A stretch of DNA of 20,000 nt, taken from IMG/VR virus record IMGVR_UViG_3300032213_002933. One strand, 5' to 3'. The translations under genes and the position numbers were made by a program. Positions 16,801 through 20,000 of the stretch are shown in pieces. The notes below the pieces were generated by a model. The model was not told where the DNA came from. It searched no databases and saw nothing but the letters and a program-made list of their open reading frames with translations. The DNA is from an uncultured virus (IMG/VR IMGVR_UViG_3300032213_002933) (lineage: Duplodnaviria; Heunggongvirae; Uroviricota; Caudoviricetes). Positions within the stretch are counted from its first letter, which is position 1, and each line of letters starts with the position of its first letter.

Positions 16801-17031
16801 ATGAATGCAATTAACTTTATCAAGCAGTATAAGTACGCAATATTGGTGGGCTTGTTGGTGTTCGCACCTACTAGCGCTCTGATATTTGGATTGTTCGGAT
16901 TCATTTCCGGATTCTTGAATTGGGGTCTTCTGATCCTGGTTGCTCTTACCTTTGCAGGTTTGCAAGGATATGACTCTTTCAGGAACTGGATGAGTAATAA
17001 TGATGAAGAAGAGTACGACTTCTTCAACTAA
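16801..17031 (+). CDS. Small membrane protein, 76 aa (cassette 2)
   Basis: AGGAGG RBS before ATG 16801; long hydrophobic stretch and acidic tail DEEEYDFFN. The track start 16660 lies inside the terminator. Confidence 0.85.
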   Translation: MNAINFIKQYKYAILVGLLVFAPTSALIFGLFGFISGFLNWGLLILVALTFAGLQGYDSFRNWMSNNDEEEYDFFN

Positions 17032-17083
17032 TCCATTTAATTAATACAATGGGGTGATGGTCCACCTCTTTAATGAAGAAGGT

Positions 17084-17149
17084 TGTTTCCTCTGGGGCTT
17101 TTGCCTTGGAGGAAACACCTTTTTTGAGTATAGGCCAAAGGGTCTATCC
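17084..17149 (+). repeat. Cassette-boundary element 2
   Basis: TGTTTCCTCTGGGGC-TTTT-GCCTTGGAGGAAACA, motif TTTTTTGAGTATAGGCC (17120-17136), then AAAG-GGTCTAT hairpin. Confidence 0.9.
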
Positions 17150-17172
17150 ATATCTCTAGAAAGGGGATTCTC

Positions 17173-17835
17173 ATGGTTAAGAAAGTATTGCGTTGGACTC
17201 CTGTTACTTGTGTTATATTGTTCATTCTCATGTTTGTGGGAATGACACAGGCACAGTGTGTTACGGAAGGGGCATACAGCTACTGTGACAGTACCTTATG
17301 GGTAGCTAATAGTAGCAGCTTCGGCATCGCTGACATCATGGCCTTGTTTGGTCATGTTAGTGTCATGCACTTGCTGTGTAATGGAGCTGCTCTATTATTG
17401 TTTGCGGTACCAGCAGAACTAATCTTGGGAAAGAAGAAGTTCATTGCTAGTCTTGTTCTAGTAATGATGGCCCAGGTTATCATTGGTGAGTTAACTCGCA
17501 CCAACGGATTGGGTGCCAGTGGATGGCTTTTTGCTACGCCGGGACTCATGCTCGGAGCTTCCATGTGGAAGATCTGGGAAGAGGGTGAAGAAGTAGGCTT
17601 TATGTCGTGGCCTACATTCTTGTTTGCTGCATCCGTGGGTATGGTTGCTATGGATGTAGCAGCTGTCGGTGATGCCGATGGCGTTGGCCACCTAGCCCAT
17701 ATCTCTGGGTTTCTTAGTGGTCTAGTGTTTGTTATTGCGGGACTTCCGTTCCTTGCAATGACAATTCGGGATGGTTTTCGTGCCTGGAAGAGAGAGCGTG
17801 CATGGCGCAAGAAGCGTTCACTTATGGCAGCATAG
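17173..17835 (+). CDS. Rhomboid-family intramembrane serine protease, 220 aa (cassette 3)
   Basis: FGHVSVMHLLCN (HxxxxHxxxN), ELILGKKKF, GLGASG (catalytic Ser in GxSG), VGHLAHISGFLSG (catalytic His in AHxxGxxxG); multiple transmembrane segments. Confidence 0.88.
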   Translation: MVKKVLRWTPVTCVILFILMFVGMTQAQCVTEGAYSYCDSTLWVANSSSFGIADIMALFGHVSVMHLLCNGAALLLFAVPAELILGKKKFIASLVLVMMAQVIIGELTRTNGLGASGWLFATPGLMLGASMWKIWEEGEEVGFMSWPTFLFAASVGMVAMDVAAVGDADGVGHLAHISGFLSGLVFVIAGLPFLAMTIRDGFRAWKRERAWRKKRSLMAA

Positions 17836-17843
17836 CACAGGTT

Positions 17844-17907
17844 GTTTCCCCTGGGGTCTTCGGACTCTGGGGGAAACTTCTTTTTTGAGGATAGACCCAT
17901 GGTCTGT
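17844..17907 (+). repeat. Cassette-boundary element 3
   Basis: GTTTCCCCTGGGGTC-TTCG-GACTCTGGGGGAAAC, motif at 17881-17897, then CAT-GGTCTGT hairpin. Confidence 0.9.
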
Positions 17908-17964
17908 ACTTGGGTGTGTGTTGTAGCCCTGTCAATCCTGACTAAAGCAACAAAGGAGGCCATC

Positions 17965-18159
17965 GTGCCTAATTATCAGAGAAGAAGGCGTACTCTTGGT
18001 GCGCTTATTATATTTGCATTTATGCTTACTGTGATGCGCTGGCAAGGATACTACGGGTTAATGCCTGTAGCTCCTTGGATATGGTCCATTGCAATCTCAT
18101 TTATTGCAACTCTAGTTGTGTTGCGCATGTGGGTTTTAATTAACCGTTACATGTGGTAA
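17965..18159 (+). CDS. Small two-TM membrane protein, 64 aa (cassette 4)
   Basis: AAGGAGG RBS then GTG 17965: MPNYQRRRRTLGALIIFAFML...WIWSIAISFIATLVVLRMW. Confidence 0.8.
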   Translation: MPNYQRRRRTLGALIIFAFMLTVMRWQGYYGLMPVAPWIWSIAISFIATLVVLRMWVLINRYMW

Positions 18160-18178
18160 TAAATTTATTAATTGAGTT

Positions 18179-18252
18179 TTTCCCCGGGGATTGGCAGAGA
18201 TGCTGGTCCTCGGGGAAACTTCTTTTTTGAGGATAGACCAAAGGGTTTATCC
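18179..18252 (+). repeat. Cassette-boundary element 4
   Basis: TTTCCCCGGGGATTGGCA-GAGA-TGCTGGTCCTCGGGGAAA, motif at 18223-18239, then GGATAGACC-AAAG-GGTTTATCC hairpin. Confidence 0.9.
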
Positions 18253-18279
18253 ACGATACCTCGGAAAGGAGGTGAAAAC

Positions 18280-18510
18280 ATGGAACTTCAAGACCGTGAA
18301 GTCTGTTGTTATGTCTGCGGACGGGCAACAGATCACTGGGCTGAGCACGACGACTTGGTCGGGCTCGGCCTAGCAATCTACACGGATGCTGGTGTCGAAT
18401 GGACCGATTTTGGTCGATTCGTCAAGAACCGGCACCCAGAGATGGCAAGCAGGGTTGATGCCTTGCTCGCTGATCTAATTAACATCCGTATTAGCTTCGA
18501 CAGGAGCTGA
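18280..18510 (+). CDS. Small putative Zn-binding protein, 76 aa (cassette 5)
   Basis: AAGGAGGTGA RBS before ATG 18280; CCYVCGRATDHWAEH. Confidence 0.85.
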   Translation: MELQDREVCCYVCGRATDHWAEHDDLVGLGLAIYTDAGVEWTDFGRFVKNRHPEMASRVDALLADLINIRISFDRS

Positions 18511-18522
18511 TATGGTAACGCT

Positions 18523-18588
18523 GTTTCCCCTGGGGTCTTCGGGCCCTGGGGGAAACTTCTTTTTTGAGTATAGGCCGTTGGTCTACTC
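18523..18588 (+). repeat. Cassette-boundary element 5
   Basis: GTTTCCCCTGGGGTC-TTCG-GGCCCTGGGGGAAAC, motif TTTTTTGAGTATAGGCC (18560-18576), then GTT-GGTCTACTC hairpin. Confidence 0.9.
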
Positions 18589-18609
18589 TAATCCTGAAAG
18601 GGGATTGTA

Positions 18610-18828
18610 ATGAGAAAGAAATATTCAACAAACTGGGATACAGTTTTGTATCCCAAATTAAATACTGATCTGGGACATTTCAATGTCTTAGACTGGGAAA
18701 TGGACAAAATTGCATGCGTGTCGTGCACTGCTGTCCTTGTATCCCAAGGAAGCGAAATCTGCCACTCATTCATAGGGAAAGATCTTATTTGCCCTATCTG
18801 TGAGTTGGTTATTGACGACGCACAGTAA
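18610..18828 (+). CDS. Small Zn-finger protein, 72 aa (cassette 6)
   Basis: GAAAGGGG RBS; CVSC...CPIC. Confidence 0.75.
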   Translation: MRKKYSTNWDTVLYPKLNTDLGHFNVLDWEMDKIACVSCTAVLVSQGSEICHSFIGKDLICPICELVIDDAQ

Positions 18829-18841
18829 ACAAGCAGGGTGT

Positions 18842-18920
18842 GGCCTCGGGGAATTTGCCCCGGGGCCTTGTGCCTAAACTTTATTTTTTGACGATAGACC
18901 TCGGAACTAACGAAGAGGTT
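18842..18920 (+). repeat. Cassette-boundary element 6 (divergent hairpin)
   Basis: GGCCTCGGGG-AATTTG-CCCCGGGGCC, then AAACTTTATTTTTTGACGATAGACC (18877-18900), then GACCTC...GAGGTT hairpin. Confidence 0.8.
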
Positions 18921-18932
18921 GGAAAGGTTGTC

Positions 18933-19133
18933 ATGAGTAAGAATTTGAAGAAATCAAGGCGTCGGTGGCAGTCTGCCGGATATTGCCGGTGCGATGAATG
19001 TGACCAGCATAAGTATGACTGTGTTACATCATATCACCCAACATGGGTGATCCTTTGCCCAGAATGCTGGGAATGGATTTACATCCATGACCGACAGGGA
19101 GACAGAAGGCAGGATCGCCTCCCTGGCTTTTAG
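18933..19133 (+). CDS. Small Zn-finger protein, 66 aa (cassette 7)
   Basis: GAAAGG RBS before ATG 18933; CRCDEC...LCPECW. Confidence 0.8.
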   Translation: MSKNLKKSRRRWQSAGYCRCDECDQHKYDCVTSYHPTWVILCPECWEWIYIHDRQGDRRQDRLPGF

Positions 19134-19151
19134 AGTTAGGGAGTTATTAAC

Positions 19152-19251
19152 AGGCCTCAGGTCTGGTGCTCGAAAGAGTGCTAGGCCTGGGGTCTTTTTT
19201 ATTATCAAAGTTTATTTTTTGAGGATAGACCCCTGAACAACCGAAGGGGTC
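19152..19251 (+). repeat. Cassette-boundary element 7 (terminator and motif separated)
   Basis: AGGCCTCAGGTCTGGTGCTC-GAAA-GAGTGCTAGGCCTGGGGTCT-TTTTT, then AAAGTTTATTTTTTGAGGATAGACC (19207-19231), then GACCCCT...AGGGGTC hairpin. Confidence 0.88.
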
Positions 19252-19263
19252 AGAAAGGTAGTC

Positions 19264-20000
19264 ATGAAAGTTTCAACCACCACCAGTAACCGTCCAAAGG
19301 AGGACGCCATGAAGCAATCAACCAATACCGGTAAAGTTTATGCCGGTTCAGGCTCACGTAGCCTCAAGCTAGATGCGGAAATGTTCACTCGGGTGTTTAA
19401 TCGCCTAATTGAAATGATTCGCGAAACCAAGCCAGCCATGCTTATCACGGGTATGGCTGAAGGTTTTGACGAAGCTCTGGCATTGGCAGCCATGGCTACG
19501 CAAACGCCATTGAAGGCCATGATCCCATTCAAGGGATACTGTAACCATTACTGGGGTAAGAATTCTGTCACCGGTAAGAATCGCCTGGATGAGTGCAGGC
19601 AGATAGTTGCCTATGCCCAGTCTACGGGAGGGGTGGAATACATTTGCTCCGACTGGAGAGGTCCTGATGGCCGTTATGCAATGTTCCACCGTAATGAGGC
19701 GATGGCCAATGCCTGTGATAAGGCATGGATCTGGGATCCCAGCAGTAAGGGCACTGCTCAGTTCTATAACTATTGCGTGGCTAACAAAATCCCGCATTAC
19801 ATCATCAAATTCAACGATGGGGAAGGCCCTGGGGATACACCTCAGACGCCAACCCCAGAAGGTCCAAAGGAGGACAAAGCAATGAAGAAATACCTAGTTA
19901 AGTACACAGACGGCACTGAAGAGGTGATCGTCACGGACAAGGGAATCCTTGGATTAACCCAAGACCTCAAAGATGCAGGAAAGGGTTGTTCTATCAAAAC
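19264..20000 (+). CDS. SLOG superfamily (YspA/DUF1273-like) protein with further C-terminal domain; runs off window (cassette 8)
   Basis: Manual translation is open to the end: VYAGSGSRS...LITGMAEGFDEALALAA...AMIPF...MFHRNEAMANACD...SKGTAQ, matching the YspA-type G.R, SGMAxGxD, RNxxM and GT motifs. Alternative start 19309. Not in the ORF track. Confidence 0.8.
   Translation, partial: MKVSTTTSNRPKEDAMKQSTNTGKVYAGSGSRSLKLDAEMFTRVFNRLIEMIRETKPAMLITGMAEGFDEALALAAMATQTPLKAMIPFKGYCNHYWGKNSVTGKNRLDECRQIVAYAQSTGGVEYICSDWRGPDGRYAMFHRNEAMANACDKAWIWDPSSKGTAQFYNYCVANKIPHYIIKFNDGEGPGDTPQTPTPEGPKEDKAMKKYLVKYTDGTEEVIVTDKGILGLTQDLKDAGKGCSIK

Noticed and set aside
16660..18932. ORF-track N-terminal extensions (MFPLGSSD... 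at 16660 and 17842; starts at 17054, 18172, 18840)
   Set aside because: They are translations of the repeated hairpin. Better starts with strong RBS are at 16801, 17173, 17965, 18280 and 18933.
16660..19251. CRISPR array interpretation of the periodic palindromic repeats
   Set aside because: Intervals are 324-761 nt and each holds a full ORF with RBS. The repeats are degenerate terminator-type hairpins, and no cas genes are in the window.
16660..19251. Integron attC cassette array
   Set aside because: Ends are GTTTCC...GGAAAC rather than RYYYAAC...GTTRRRY, stems carry RNA signatures (UUCG/GNRA loops, G-U pairs, U-tract), and no integrase is seen.
399..19885. Short antisense or alternate-frame ORFs in the track (e.g. 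399-662, 1623-1907, 3202-3546, 7349-7672, 15845-16042, 16482-17027, 17352-17963, 19405-19797, 19607-19885)
   Set aside because: They overlap better-supported genes or the repeat-rich non-coding tract and show no convincing RBS or protein motifs.
1..20000. tRNA/rRNA genes, inteins or introns in terL and recA, stop-codon recoding
   Set aside because: No cloverleaf or rRNA-like sequence was noticed, terL and recA motifs are contiguous, and genes tile the window under the standard code.

Overview
Fragment of a large dsDNA bacteriophage genome (standard genetic code) with four blocks. (1) 1-11220, minus strand: a packaging/virion cluster running from a ClpA/ClpB-like single-ring AAA+ ATPase through a Gly/Arg-rich repeat protein, small Cys-rich proteins, a probable terminase small subunit and three Gly/Ala-rich proteins (one 1165 aa with an embedded DEDDh exonuclease domain) to the terminase large subunit, which is truncated at the window edge and missed by the ORF track. 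(2) 11293-15473, plus strand: recA, small proteins and a 795-aa protein whose N-terminus has motifs of the OspF/RamC-N phosphothreonine-lyase fold. (3) About 15900-16206: a non-coding tract rich in A-tracts, palindromes and direct repeats, a candidate genome end or origin. (4) 16207-20000: single-gene cassettes (membrane proteins, a rhomboid protease, Zn-finger proteins, a SLOG/YspA protein) separated by 7 copies of a terminator hairpin plus a conserved AAA(C/G)N3-4TTTTTTGA(G/C)(G/T)ATAG(A/G)CC motif. The first two cassettes share a duplicated ~85-nt structured leader. The most notable signals are the cassette array, the structured leader, and long proteins pairing unrelated N-terminal enzyme domains with similar C-terminal hydrophobic-plus-basic tails. 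All family calls come from motifs read by eye; no searches were run.
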